From NCBI RefSeq assembly GCF_009914755.1, contig NC_060934.1: a stretch of DNA of 64,000 nt; one strand, written 5' to 3'. The stretch comes from the human T2T-CHM13v2.0 reference genome, Homo sapiens. Both the position numbers and the translations under genes were made by a program. Below the pieces are notes generated by a model, which did no database searches, was not told the origin of the DNA, and saw only the letters and a list, made by a program, of their open reading frames with translations. Shown here piece by piece: positions 1 to 14,527 of this stretch. How positions within the stretch are numbered: the first letter of the stretch is position 1; every line of letters starts with the position of its first letter.

Positions 1-519
1 CGTCCTCATTGCCTTCTGCTGCCTCAGTTCTGGCTTAACAGAACAGTGTGGGGAGGAGGCATGGTCCTTACCTACTAGGGCGTTACTTGGCCTTCTTCAG
101 GTTGGTTGCTTCGTCAGGTTTAAGAGCTCACCTGGGCTGCAGTTCAGGCTAGGTTATCTGCTGACCTGGCCCTGTCTCCCTTCTGTAGTGTCTGTGGGGT
201 ACCCTTGTAAGCTAGGGAGAAGAGACACACGTGAAGGCCAGAAAAAACAGCCTGCCACACAGCTTCCCTGGATCATACCTTCGCAGTGACATGACGACGT
301 CGTTAGGAGGCGCCGAGGTGGCTGAGTGGGTCTCCAGACACCTCCCTTTACCTCTCTGCTGTGCCACTGATGTGTGACTTGCTTACACCTATGCAGAGCT
401 GCCACTGAGCAGCACTGTGGCCAGTCCTTTGGATTTTCTTCTTTCTAAATTGTATGCCGTGGCTTGATCAAGCATTTCATATACAGTAGATCATGAAATC
501 AGCATAGAAAACACATTGA

Positions 520-640
520 GGTAGGTGGTGTTACCACATTTTATGGATGAGAGGCTAACACTTGGAGGAGTCAGGTAACATGTCCAAGGCCACACAGCTA
601 GTGAGTACCCTGCTGAGGGTCACACTCTGGTCCATCTGAG
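520..640 (-). mobile_element. MIR fragment
   Basis: cacattttatggatgagagg...gtaacatgtccaaggccacacagctagt resembles the MIR core. Confidence 0.6.
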
Positions 641-2584
641 GCCAGAGCCTGTGCCAGCCTTCTCCTCATGCTGATAGACGAGGAAACAGAAAGAAGGAGC
701 AGTGGACGCCCCCACCCTCTGTCCCCTGAACCCCTTGGAGAGTAGGCAGTGGCAGAGCCAGCCTGGGCCCATCTATGGGAATTCTCCATCGGGATTGACT
801 CCTCTGGAAGGAAGACAGTTGACCCACAGTTGAGATCACAGCAGATGGGCCAGCCAGGGTGTCTGTAGACCATCAGGCAGTGGCCACTCCATGTAGTTTA
901 ATGGACAAGCCCTTTTAATGGAACAGGAATCTAACACTGAACCAAGCTGCTTTTAGACACACTTTTATTCCTCACTCTGAAATGGCGTTTGGACAAGCCA
1001 AATATTTCTTCTTCTTTCAGTTGACATTTTGTCCATCTTTGAACTGTTAGTTGATGCTTCTTCTGTTTAGTTATTCCTGTTCTATTTTCCTGTTGCCACT
1101 AGTCCACCCAGGGATGGTAAGAATGGAAGTCAATGGTTGCTTTTTCATCTGAGATGCACCACGAAGGCTTGTCAGTCAGCCTTGTCATATGGTCTGTGCT
1201 CCCACTGCTCCTTCTTTCTGTTTCCTCATCTGCAGAATTTGGAGAGTCCTGGACCTGATCTCAAATTTCACATGTTATTTATCTTCCTGCAGCACGCTGG
1301 GGAGAGGAAGAGACAGGGACATAGAAGGTTGGAGCTGGAACAGACTTCACATCTCATTCCAGAGGCATTTGGTCCATCTTACAGATGAGGAAATGGAGGC
1401 TGCTCAGTGGACTGAGGCTGGAACTGGGCCTTCCAGTGGCCAGGCCAGATCCTCCTTGATCTCCCTTGTTGCTTTCCTGGTGGGAAGACCCTGGAACCAC
1501 TTTATGTGACTGTGTGAGAAGGGAACTGCCTCTCATTTTACCCAGCAAAATCCACCTTCAATCCATCTTCATTTTTGCCCCTGGTGTGGGCAAATTCTCC
1601 CATACCTAATTCAGGAAGCCAGAAAGAGGAAGTGAGTTAATGATCCTTAGTGGGAAGGCGCTGGTAATGGTCCTTCTTGTGAGAGTTTCTGAAACACCAC
1701 GCTGTCTCTGTGTTCTGGCCTGGCTGGAGTTAAACCTCTTCTTGGCCTTTCCCCAGGAAGCTGGTCTGAGGAAGCCCAGATGCGTTTGTTTACAGCTGTC
1801 TGGTGACATTCGCCAGGCTCTGTTTTCAGAAGGAACATTTCCATTCCCTTATTTACACCTCCCATTGGAGTGCTCGGGGGGACACACCAATTATTTGCAA
1901 CTACCTGGAAACCTAGGAGGGTAGCAGATCTGTAGGAGGCCAGTGTTGAAGTGAGAAGCTGTAGATCTGGTGACACTGTGGGCTTGGGAGGGCTTGCCCA
2001 GATCTGTTACTTATACTCTCTATTAAGAAACTTCAGTGTCCATGGAGAAGTTATTTAAAGTCTGCGAGCCTCAGTTTCCCCATATATAATATGGGAAGGA
2101 TACCTGATTTTCCTATTCCACATGAAGGTAGAAAAAATTAAATTAAGGCAGCCAATGAAAGGGTTTTGAAAGCAAAAATAATAATATGATACTGTTCTGA
2201 ATTTGTTAAATTATTCTTCCAAGTAGTTGCAGATCTTTTTCTGTACCTTAGAAAAAAACCATGCTATGTAAAAGGAGATGATTCCAATCTTTAAATAAAG
2301 CAACTCAGAGGTCAGGGGCTAGGACAGAAAACGGCCCTTTGTTCACAGAAGCGCTCTCACTTCCAAGAAAGCAAGCGTGGGAGAGGCAGGTGGTCCTCCC
2401 GATGTCCCTGTGCCCCATGGTGTCAAGCTGGGTTACTATGGCCCTTCGTGACCCAGTGCAGCAGGGATGTGGGAACCAGTGGGTGTGAAGCTGTGACGGG
2501 TCACAAGAGGGCTGGGACGTCTCACAGCTTTTACTTATAGCCTAGAGCCTGGGGAAGGGTTGCCACTCTAGTGATGAGAGAGGC

Positions 2585-2848
2585 GTGTGTGTGTGTGTGT
2601 GTATGCGTCTGTATGTATGTGTGCATTTGCATGTATATATGTGTGACTGTATGTATGTGCACATCTGTGAGTATATGAATGTGTGTGGAAGTGTGTATAG
2701 GTGTTTATGTGACAGTTTGTGTGTAAATGTGGGTGTATGTGTGGGTGTGTTTATGCATGTACATCTGTGGGTGTGTATGCATAGTGTGTATGTGTGAGTT
2801 TGTGTGTGTGTGTGCATTTGCATCTCTGTGTATATATGCATGTGTGTT
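2585..2848. repeat. Degenerate (TG)n/(TATG)n low-complexity repeat
   Basis: About 260 bp of alternating purine-pyrimidine TG/TA/CA units. Confidence 0.95.
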
Positions 2849-3445
2849 AGGGGCAGGCACACAGGCCTGTTGGTAAATGAGACACAAAATACCTACAAAA
2901 TACAAAATGTGAGACAGGAAATACAAGCCCCAGTTACTCATTTTTCAGTGCAACAGACATAAGATTACCATGTGAAATTGCTATGAAAGTTTCCGAAAGC
3001 TTCCTGTCAATTCGTAGTGAGCAGCTAGCAGAGGAGTGCGGGTCCCTGGAGCCTGCTTGTGCAACGCTGAGCTAGTCCAAGGGGGAAGAATGGGGTGCAT
3101 GGCTCTCAGCTGCAGACCAGCCTGGAACCTCTCCAGCCTGCTTTAGCAGAGACTTGTTAAGAGGTAGCAGCAGGTGGCAAGATTAGGAGCCGGAGTAGTA
3201 GGCTAAGGCTGCACTTCCAGGGACACACTGCCTCTGCCACCACCCGTGCCACGAAAATGGGAGCCCAGGACCCTGAATCTCTAGCAGTCCGTTTCTGAAT
3301 CAGTTACCTTGGGTATGTGCCTCTGGTTGATGGAAACTAACTTGTAGCCCTGCTGGGTGAGAGCCTCACATCGGGACATGTGACAGCTTTGTTGAAAGTA
3401 GCTTTGGAAACGCCCACCACGTGGGGCCACTCACTGTAATATAAA

Positions 3446-3751
3446 CGGTCATGCATCACTGAGCAACAGGGATACGTTCTGAGAAATGCGTCGTTAGGCG
3501 ATTTCATCACTGTGGGAATGTTACAGAGTGTGCCTACGCAAACCTAGATGGCAGAGCCCACTCCACACCTAGGCCAGATGGCAGAGCCTGTTGTTTCTAG
3601 GATGCACGCCCGTACAGTAGGTTACTGTACTGAATACTGTAGGCAGTTGTAACAATGGTGAGTATTTGTGTATTCAAACATAGAAAAGGTATAGTAAAAA
3701 CAATGGTGTTATGGTCCGCGGCTGGCTGAAACGTTATGTGGTGCATGACTG
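3446..3751. mobile_element. Tigger3a/MER7-like DNA transposon (MITE)
   Basis: TIRs CGGTCATGCA...TGCATGACTG followed by TA; internal gatacgttctgagaaatgcgtcgttaggcgattt. Confidence 0.85.
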
Positions 3752-4117
3752 TAGGTATAAAGCATTACAGTTGTTTGATTTTTCTCTTTTTCTCACCCAC
3801 AGTCTTAAGGCACCTCTTATGCCTTTTGTCTGGGATGTCCCGGGCAGGGTTGGAACGTGTGGTTAAGGCATGGCGGAAACTGCTTTGGGGACAGACGATG
3901 GCCTCAGCTTGCCTTGGGGTGTCAGTGGGAAAGATAGGAGCTGCCCCTTTGCCTTCGTGTTTCTTCGTAATAATCTCAGATGTACCCGTCTGGTGGGCCT
4001 CTCCTAGAAAAAGCCCCGGTGCTCTTTGCTCCTGCGGTGTTTCTCAGGAGGGTTGTTGCTTCTTTGTAATGGTGGGGACTCAGGGAAGGGACGCAGGCAG
4101 AGGGTGATGCCACATCA

Positions 4118-4437
<320 letters not shown>

Positions 4438-4604
4438 TTGGGCCATCAGCTTCTTGGAAAGGCTGGTGTGAGGTTGAAGCATTTGCTGGTGCCTCTGCTC
4501 AACGTTTTTGTGGTGAACCTGAGCAAAGAGGTTATCATTAGTGGATTTTACTGCCTTACCTGGGTGGGCACTCCCTTGGGAGGTGGATGGACATTTGCAG
4601 CTGA

Positions 4605-4847
<243 letters not shown>

Positions 4848-5243
4848 TAAAGAGAGCCTTCCTTTTTCCTATAACCTCCGAAGCTTTCACCGCCACTAGC
4901 AAAACATGAGAGCTATTTTTGAGATACATTAAAGTGTCAAAGTGTCACTGAATATCTTCCTACTTAAGATAAGTGTGTCTCCCTTAGAACATTTTCCCTA
5001 TTCGACTATATAAATCTACATTCTTGACCCTTCTGAATGTTTAAAGAACCTCGGGCTCTGAAGAGATTCTCTAAGAATATTTTGTAAGTGGAAGTTTTTG
5101 ATGCATGCAAAAAATTGGCAGGATGTTTAGTGTTTAAATGCTAAGCCCGATATATAAAGGAGCGATGGCTAGGTGTGTGTGGCTGTTGCACAACCCATTA
5201 ATCAATGCGTTGAAGCGTTCATTTTAAGGTGCTACAGGCTTAA

Positions 5244-5546
<303 letters not shown>

Positions 5547-8172
5547 TGATTGCAGCTGATTCTCGGGGGGCACTGAAGCCAGTCTGAGCCAGTCACAGGA
5601 GGGCCTTGAGGAGATGCTGAGTATGGCCTGGGGGTGTGGGAGAGGAAGGGGCTCAGGAAAACTTCTGTAAGGAGCCAGATAAAAGTTTTTAAAATAATGT
5701 TTTAAATGTTTGTCAAAGAAAGCAATAGATTTGTAAAGAAATTAGTAGGTAAGTAGTGAAAATTGATTCTCCTTCCCATTCCCAATCCTGTGGCAACTCT
5801 TGTTACAGATTTTATTTATCCTCCACAGATACATCATGCGTTCACAATGAACATAGAATTTACTGGGTTTTAGACTGAGCCATCCTTAACTTGTCAACAG
5901 TTACTTTGAAAACAAACCAGCTCTCCCAAATTGGGGTTTTGCGGGGTTATGAGATGTGTTTCAAAAGAATGTTTCGTACTTTAAACATCTTGGAAAACTT
6001 GAATTAAAACAGAGCTAATGGATTTCTTCTTTCCAGACCTTCTCAGAGCTTTTAGTATGCTAGTGTGCACGTGGCTTGCCTACAAAAGGGTGTTGACTGA
6101 ACTATTTGCCCAAATTATAATCATTTGAGTATACAGCTTTTTGTGGGGGCAGGCAGAACTGAGACATACCAAAATCAGTTTGGGAAATGCTGTATTTGAA
6201 AATGCTTTCTATTTAAATATTCTCTTTGCAATCATTTTTGCTCTGTTGATTTGCTTAGCAAAGTCTTCATGTCTGGGACAATATCCATTTCTTACTGACT
6301 CATCAAAAACCCCCACTCGACACGTCGATGAGAGAGGTTTTGTTTGCTGTGTGGCATGTTCAGTGAAAGCGTGGTTTCCAGTTTCTTCACATCCTTATAA
6401 TTTTCTAGACTTCAGATGGAGGGAACAATCAGAGGAGGCTGGAATCCTGCCTCTGACCAAGGAAAAGACCAGAGGCTGAGCCAGGTGGGGTCTCTTGTCC
6501 AGCCCTCTGCTTGCCTCGCTTTACCTGGGTGTGGGCTGAGTAATTCCAGACAAGCGTGGAATTAATCTGGCTGTTTGTGCTGTTCAGTGGCACGCTGGTT
6601 ACACCTCCTTCTGGAAACAACTCTGCGTGTGCTGTTTGGGTGGTAGGATTCCGGGTCTCCTTCTCCGTCTTTTTATAACATCAAGTTGCTGCCCAGCTCA
6701 GGCTCCTTTACGGCCAGTCTTCAGAAAACCACCAGCTAACACATTTACTACCCTCCTTCCCCGATGTTCCTGTAGCTTCTCTATGGCTGGGTGGCCAGGC
6801 ATGGCCGAAGAGGCTCTGGGTAGATATAGGCTCTGTGCCCGGTGTGTGTAACTGGCCTTGAGTGAGGCTGCAGTTGTGTGTTATTTCTATTAGGTCACTG
6901 TGGAATTTCTAGCGACAACTAATCTTTCAAAGTGTGTTTATTGGTCACAGGATTATTGGGCCAGCCTCTGCCTTCATTCTTTTTCACCTAATCTGCATAA
7001 TAGCTGTGTTATCCCCATTTTAGAGAAGAAGAAACAGGGGCTCAGAGAAGTCTAGTAACCTGTGTGAGGCCACACAGCAAACACCTCATGACCCTGCCCT
7101 CCTAAGGCAGCCCATGGCTATTGCTGGAGGGATAGAGGCCGGCCCCGTGGTTTGATGGGACAGCTTGACCTTAAACAGCCCATGGGAAGGCGGGTGCATC
7201 TGGTTTAGGAACAGGCTGCTAGAAAGGTATCCAGGATGTGGTAGTCTCACCGGAAGGAGCCAGTCAGAATAGCACAGCCTGTGGCCACGCGTGGGACCTG
7301 TTCAGCCTCATGGAGCTTTGGGAGGCAGCCAGCAGCAGGGCATGGGCTGTGTGCAGGCGAGGCGCTGGCCTGGACGCCGCCCCCACTGCGTAACTTCGTG
7401 TTTGGAATGCGTGGGCACATACCGTGCGGCTGCTTCTGGCCGGGGGATATTCTTTTCCAATTTTGAGCCAAGGTGGAGACTGTCTCCTCGTGCCATCCCT
7501 GGCATGTCCTGGCAAGACGTGAACGATCTCAATAGACGAGCTTTGCAGAGTGTGTCTGACCTGACTCCTGCTGTCTTGGGAGTTTAGCTCTTCAGCCAGC
7601 AGCATGCTGTTTGACATGTGTTTCAAGCCCCCCAAGAAAGGGTGCTTGAAATTTAAAATTGAACTGATGTGGCTTTTCAAAATGGAATTGGAAATGAAAG
7701 GATATTAAATTGCAGACACCCACACAAAAGACTGGTTTCCACTGACTAAACTGCTTTTTTTTGCTGATAGTAGTTGAAAGTAGGGAGAGTAACAGCATCT
7801 CTTCCAGCTTTTTCTCTTTTGTTCCCTTGTTTTGATGATGGGTTATTTCGGGGGAAGCTCTGGCTGGCCTTGCTTTGTGTCATCTTAGGGATAACAAAGA
7901 GGATGAAAGAGATCAGGAAAACCGAGAAGGCAGAACAGAACCAGCAGAAACTGTGCTTGAGGAATGAAAATCACCTACACGGCTCCTTGTCATATGAGAC
8001 TGTGGCCCAGCCTCCTGCAAAGCCATTTAAGAGTAACCCAGTGAAGCTGGTGAGACTGCCTGCCGCGTCCGTGGGCCCAGTGACTAACTCGGTGGCTTAT
8101 CATCTGGGCCCAGCTCCTCCCCTGGCATCCTGATTTCACTTGGAGGGGCCCCCGTTGTCCTTCATAAACATG

Positions 8173-8479
<307 letters not shown>

Positions 8480-11400
8480 TAAACGTGATATTCTTGAGAC
8501 TTTCAGTGAAATAAGAATTGCCACGGACATCTGTGGTCATTGTCCACTTGCCACTCACCTACCCCCTTTTCTGGCAGCAACAGCCGGCATTTCACATGTC
8601 CATCATCGGACAGCGTAGGTGGGACCATCAGTCATGGTGTCCTACCCTCTGTGGCCAAGGAGTGGACACAGGACCCAGTTAGGGCAAGCAGAGGCTCCCC
8701 TTGGAATCGCAAAGTGAAGCTGGATGCCACCCACAGAGACTAACATGGTGAAGCTGCTGTAGCCCCTGCTGTTGAGCCCCCAGCACTGCCTGAGTTCTTG
8801 CACTTTGTGAGTCCAGTTTAATATCTGCTTTTCCTCCCATTCTTGGAGCTCCCCTCACATCTCCAGTGGCTTGAAGTTGCCAGAGATGTTTCTGGGCTTG
8901 TGACCAAATGACTCCTTTTCTGCTTCTCACTGCTGAGCAGACACATGTGCGCTCACTTTGCCTGCTGAGTCTTGGGACCCGGAAGAGCTTTTGGGAGACA
9001 ATCACGGACCAGCCCCCTCTTGCCTGCCCTGCTGTCTCCCTCCAAGCAGGAGGTGAGAAGGTGTCCACCTGCAGCCCCGGCCAGGCATCCCTTTCTGTGC
9101 TTCTGCCCAAATCTGAAATTCCCCTCTCCTTGGGACCCACGACTGGGGCCAGCCTGCCTGGGGAGGGAATCCCAGCTGCAGAAAGTCGGGACAGTGTGCG
9201 TGTAAACATGTTAATAGAAAGCAGCTTTGAGGGCAGACTAGTTCAGCTTCAGTTACAAACTCTTTCCAAATGCGTTTAACATGAGCCACTGGCTGTGCGC
9301 AGCATATGTCAAGCTTTCATCCAATGGTGGCATTTTGTCCCTGCGGGGTTTTTTTTTCCTGAGCAGTTTGGGGCAGGGGTGGGGACAGGGAGAGAGAAAA
9401 GTAAAAAGAGAGCAGTTTGGTTTCTTCAGGCTGGAGTACAAGGCAGAGGTAATGGGATGTATTGAAGAAGGTAGGAGGGAAAGTTACTTTAGCTACAGCT
9501 ATTTGTCCAGCTGTGCTGATTAAGAAACTTGGAGAAAAGCATCTTTGGAATCATGTCCTTCCCATCTTATATACAGCCTTTGCAGATTTCCTGCTGTTCT
9601 GAGAGAGATCTGAACTCCTTACCAGGACCTTGAGGGCCCCACCTGATTGGGCACCCCTCACTCTCTCTGCCCCTCCTCCCCTTCCCCTCCTCCCCTCCTT
9701 TCTCCACCCCCACCTGCTCTGCTCAGACACCCCTTCCTTGGTTGCTTCCCACAGGCCAGGGCTGTCCCCTGGGGCCTTGGCTGTTCCCCTCCCAGGAGCG
9801 CCCCTCTCCAGCTCCTCATGCAGCCAACCTTCCTGTCCTTCAGGCCTCTGATTAAATTCTGCCTTAGACATCTCTCCCCACCCCGCTGTGTGAGGTAGCG
9901 CCCCATGCCCCAGTCCCCTCAACTCCACTGCCTCACTTTGGGGACACATCACCCCAGGGACAACTGCATTCCACTCTTGGTTTTTCCCTCCTCGTCTATT
10001 TATCACAATTTAGAGTCGCCTCACTCATTTGTCAAATGAAGTTCATCTCTGCAGCTGGACTGCGGGGTTGGGGGCACATCCGGCTGTCGGTCCTCAGGTA
10101 GGAGGTGCTTGGCAACCTTGTTCAGAGTAGGACGTTCACAGCTGTCTGCCCCGGAGGAAGCAAGGGCACCCGCCACATGGATGGAATTGAGGGGAAGGCA
10201 CCCGGGGCTCCTGCATCGAGCTTCCCTCCTATATTCAATGAGGAAATGACCCTGCAGAAGGCTGGCTGCAGATGCCCCTGCCTCCCGGCTTTGCCTGCTT
10301 GGAGTTTGATGGACACGTGGTCCTGTCAGGGCTACAGCAGGTCTATGGTCTTTGGTAACGGAAAGCGCTGGTGAAACAGTGAGCTTTCCCGTGGGTGCTT
10401 TTCCCTGACGCCAACAACCAGGTAAATATTTGGAAACGGCCTTGTTGAGGCTTGTGAGGTGGTTTTCCTCCCTCCCCTGTAGGCCTGCGCCACCCCCCCA
10501 ACCCCACGACCACCTTTGGGCCAGATGGCACCCACAGACCTGTTTGAAGTGGCCACAGAGGGAGCCCTCTGGGCGCTGGGGCCGCTGTGTTTGCAGAGGG
10601 TCCTCTTACTGCTGAGCTGGCTGGTGCAGTGAGAAGGAAGGCCGACACCCCTGATCCTCATCAAGTTCAGACGGGGGTCACTGCGGGTTAGGGGCCTGGG
10701 GCCTTTTACATGTCCCGGGAGCTGCTGAGCAGGCCACTCTTCTCCAGGCCACCAGAACTTGGCCCTGCGCATGGTGAATCTTCCCTGAGTCAGCTGAGTG
10801 AGGGGGTTCAGGCAGCCCCCCGGGACATGGCAGTGGCGGGGAGTGGACTGGGGTGGTGCTTGCCATGACTCACGCCGGTTCTCCTCAGGCAACCGGATGG
10901 TCAGATGCGCTGACTCAGTGGCCTGAGCTCGTCCAAAAGCGAATCAGAGAACACAGGGCCTGGGCTCACCCGCTGCCCTCTTCTGGAGTCATCTGTCACT
11001 CATCCTCATGAAGGAAGCGCCTGGGAGCCTGGAATGCACATCGCACTGCCCCAGCTCCCCTCTTGTTTCTGTGTTTTTCCATTTTGGATTCTTTCCCCCA
11101 ACGCCTTCTGTACTGGGCATTTTGTGGTCTCTTCTTTTTCTCCGAGAACTCTGAGGGCTACCATTGCATTTGCTAATGATGCCACAGACGGTGTTGACGT
11201 TATGAGGCTTCTATTACTGTATTGATTTTTACCATTTTTAGGGGGACGGGAATCAATATTTCATGAGGGAATGTGAAGCCAGACAGTGAAGTAGAAGCTG
11301 GCTTTTATTTTGTGCCAGGCTTTGTCCAGAGGCGGGTGGGGACGTGGCTCCTAAGCTCTTGATTGCAGCTCCTTCTGGCTTGGGAAACGTTTCAGTTCCC

Positions 11401-11697
11401 CAAACTCTCAGAACTGGATCCCCTGTGTGTTCTCTGGCCCGGATTCAAGAACTTAGTTGATTGTCAAGGAAATTCTTTGGCTATATTTTTCTCTTAATAT
11501 GGTAATGCCTTTTTTCACTCTGGCACTCTCTTTTCAGGGAATTGGATTAAGACTATTATTTATGGGTCTGACAAAGCAGTTCCCAAGTTGTTGGGACTGG
11601 ATTTGTTTAGGAATGTCTCCTGTCCTCTTCATTGAGGGGGGAATACAAATTGCTTCCATTTGACAGTTTATCAAGTGTGTGACAGAGTATCAGAGTC

Positions 11698-11916
11698 CAG
11701 GGTTGGCCAACTACAGCCAGTAGTCCAAAGCTGGCCCTCTGTTGTTGTAAATAAAGTTTTATTGGGACATGGTCATGCTCACTTATTTAGGTAGAGTGTA
11801 TGGCTGCATTCAGTCTACACCAGCAGAGTTAAATAGTTGTGATGAAGACCACGTGGCCCGTGAAGCCAAAAATATTTGCTTCCTGGCCCTTTACAGGAAA
11901 AAAATTCCCAGCCCCA
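11698..11916 (+). mobile_element. MER58A (hAT-Charlie) DNA transposon
   Basis: cagggttggccaactac...gtaaataaagttttattgg...aaaatatttgcttcctggccctttacag. Confidence 0.85.
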
Positions 11917-12068
11917 GTGGCAGGCAATTAACACCTTGTCCTCGAGGAGCTGAAAGTGGCTGGAGGCAGGAATGCTTATAAGAACCAAGCGAGGTGAAGC
12001 ACTAGGTGGCCGCGGCGAGCAGGAAGAGAAGCTGATTTTGTTTGCCCTTTCGTTTGCCAGAGATTGTG

Positions 12069-12070
<2 letters not shown>

Positions 12071-12107
<37 letters not shown>
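12071..12107. repeat. Poly(T)37
   Basis: Uninterrupted T run. Confidence 0.95.
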
Positions 12108-12109
<2 letters not shown>

Positions 12110-12289
12110 AGAGATGAAGCTTTGATCTTGTCACAATAGCAGAGGGAGGCCTTATTTTTGTCTATTTCTCTGTGACATTGGTAGAAAGGACTTTGTCAGA
12201 ATTCCAAGCTATTTGGCAATTATCCAATTTTGAGATCCTAATGGATCTTTCGAGGTCTAGTTTGTTCATTCTTTTAGTGATTCCTTGTT

Positions 12290-12580
12290 AATTCCCTGAT
12301 TTTATAAATGTGTGTTGAACATCTGTCTTGGCCAAATACTTCTTAGGTGCTGAGGATGCAGCAATAGTGGGCAAAGCCATGGGGCTTAAGATCTAGTGTG
12401 GGAAATGGGTGATGTAAAGTAAATATGGCGATAAGTACAGTGCACGAAGCAAACAAGTGAAGGGGTAGAAGGTATCAGGCTGCAAAGACAGCAGATAGTG
12501 TAGGCAGGGAATCTTATCTGAGGGGGTGACATCTAAGCTGAGATGGAAAGGACAGTGAGAGCCAGCCAAGGAAACAAGTT
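12290..12580 (-). mobile_element. L2 fragment
   Basis: aaatgtgtgttgaacatctg...taggtgctgaggatgcagc...gtgacatctaagctgaga. Confidence 0.55.
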
Positions 12581-14433
12581 GGGTGACAAGAGTTGCAGGT
12601 GGAGTTGCTTAATTTCCCACTTCTGCTCAGCCTGCAGATCCTGGATCTTGGACTAATTGCAAACTGTCATTTCCTCATGAGTTTATTAGAACCCTCCAGA
12701 ACAAGTTTCTGGTTAGCTAGTTTCTCTGTGTGTTGTCTCATTTCTTGTTGGTTCTGGTTCTTTGGGGTTCCTACTCATACTCTGGAAAGCTCCAGTGTCT
12801 TAAGTAGTCAGTCTCCCAAGAGTCTGAAAGCACAAAGATTCACAATGATACGATCACCTCTCAATCATAGCAGCATTGATGCAGTTCCGTAGCTGGTTTC
12901 CTAAAGCCATCCAGATCTCTTTCTGTGGCAAGAGAGAAATAAGACCTTCTGGTGAATTGAGGACTAATTATCCTAATAAACATGCGAATTAACAGTTCCT
13001 TTGGTTAAACAAAGCACCAGAATCTGATAATGGGAACATGTGACTCATGGTATTTCCTTCTTTGCTTTATCTACCAGGCAGCTCACAGAAACCACTGGCC
13101 TTCCCTGTGTTCCCATTTTATGTCATAAATATATATTTAATTAACTTATTATAAAAGGCCCTTTGTTCATTGACCATATCAAATTATTCTTATATAGAAG
13201 AGGTTATACATGTTTTAAACATTTTAAAATAAATCTGAAAAGAATGCTACATCCTGGGCAACTTCCCTGCATTTGGGGCTCAAAGAAGCTCTATGTGGTT
13301 ATGGGTAATGAGGAGCCAGAGTGCCTTCAGGGCAGTTCAGCAGATGCTGAAAGGCTGCTGTGTGCTGTTCGCTGGGCCCACCAAATAGAGTAGGACTGAG
13401 CCCCTGTCCACCATGACAGCCGGGAGATACAAGCTGTTCCCTTTGCCTCCCTGAGCCCTGAGCTTTATAGCCTATAGACAGCTGAAAAGCAGGCTGCATC
13501 CGTTACCCAGTCAGTTACCCAGACCCAAATGCCAGGCCTTGGCTAACCCCAGTTATTACCTAATTTTAATATCCCAATGGATGTTTTAAGACCTGGCTGG
13601 TTCATTCTTTCATTTATTTACTTATTCATTGATTTTGTAAATATTTCTGGAGCATCTGCCATGGCCACATGCTGTTGTAGCAGCATCAGCCACTCTGAAG
13701 TTGGTGGATGAAAGGGGATGCATCAAAGGCGCTGATGTATGGAGGAGACGCAAGTTAGACTTGACCAAGACAATATTATTCCTCCTCTGGATGCCCCGAA
13801 TATATACAGTCATTAGCTGTCGGGCCCCCATGTGGCACTGTTGACATTTTGTGGTTTAAACACTGAAGAGTAAGGGAATATTGGAAATGGCAAACATCTG
13901 ATATAGTGTAAAGGAGACTAAATATTTTGATGGTGTTCATAAACACCGAGGAGGAAAGTCTTTTCATTTTTTTCATTTGTGTGCTCTCTCTTTCTCTGTT
14001 TTTGCACACTGTCCTCTGTTCTCCTTCTCCTTCTCTTTTTCCTTTTTTCTCCCTTCATCTCCCCATTTATCTGATCTCTCCCACCTGAACCCCTTCTACC
14101 CTGCTGCCCTCCTGTCCATCCTACCTTCTCTACTCCCCTCCCTAGACAGTAGTAATCACATGTCAGTTGGAGAAACATGATGGCAACTTGGTCACACCGT
14201 TCTTCTCAGTCTGTATATGTCGGTGATCTCAGTGCCCATCTGGCAGATCCTTCCTGCCCTGGCTCTTCTGCTCACTGCGACCACCCTTGACTTTGTGATC
14301 ACTGATAACCTTCACCTTCTCTAATCTAAATCCCAAGCTTCTCACTCTTGGTCCACCACCTCCCAGCCTTGTCCGTTCTGAACCCTGAACGGAAGCTGAA
14401 TGGAACCCTGAACGGAAGGGTTCTGAAGCTGTT

Positions 14434-14527
14434 CAGAACCCTGAATGGAAGCTGAAATATCAATGGGTCATTGCTTTTCACAGTCCTCTGTGAAAGATTA
14501 CTGGCCAAGCCAGCATCTGGAGAATTC
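14434..14527 (+). repeat. Local direct duplication, copy 1 (partner 15978-16075)
   Basis: 94 vs 98 bp; 3 substitutions and one 4-bp indel. Confidence 0.95.

Noticed and set aside
2542-2941. His/Thr- and Cys/Val-rich ORFs
   Set aside because: Artefacts of the (TG)n low-complexity repeat.
9370-9390. G-quadruplex-type motif GGGGCAGGGGTGGGGACAGGG (another near 39360-39400)
   Set aside because: Such motifs are common in GC-rich human DNA and nothing here points to function.
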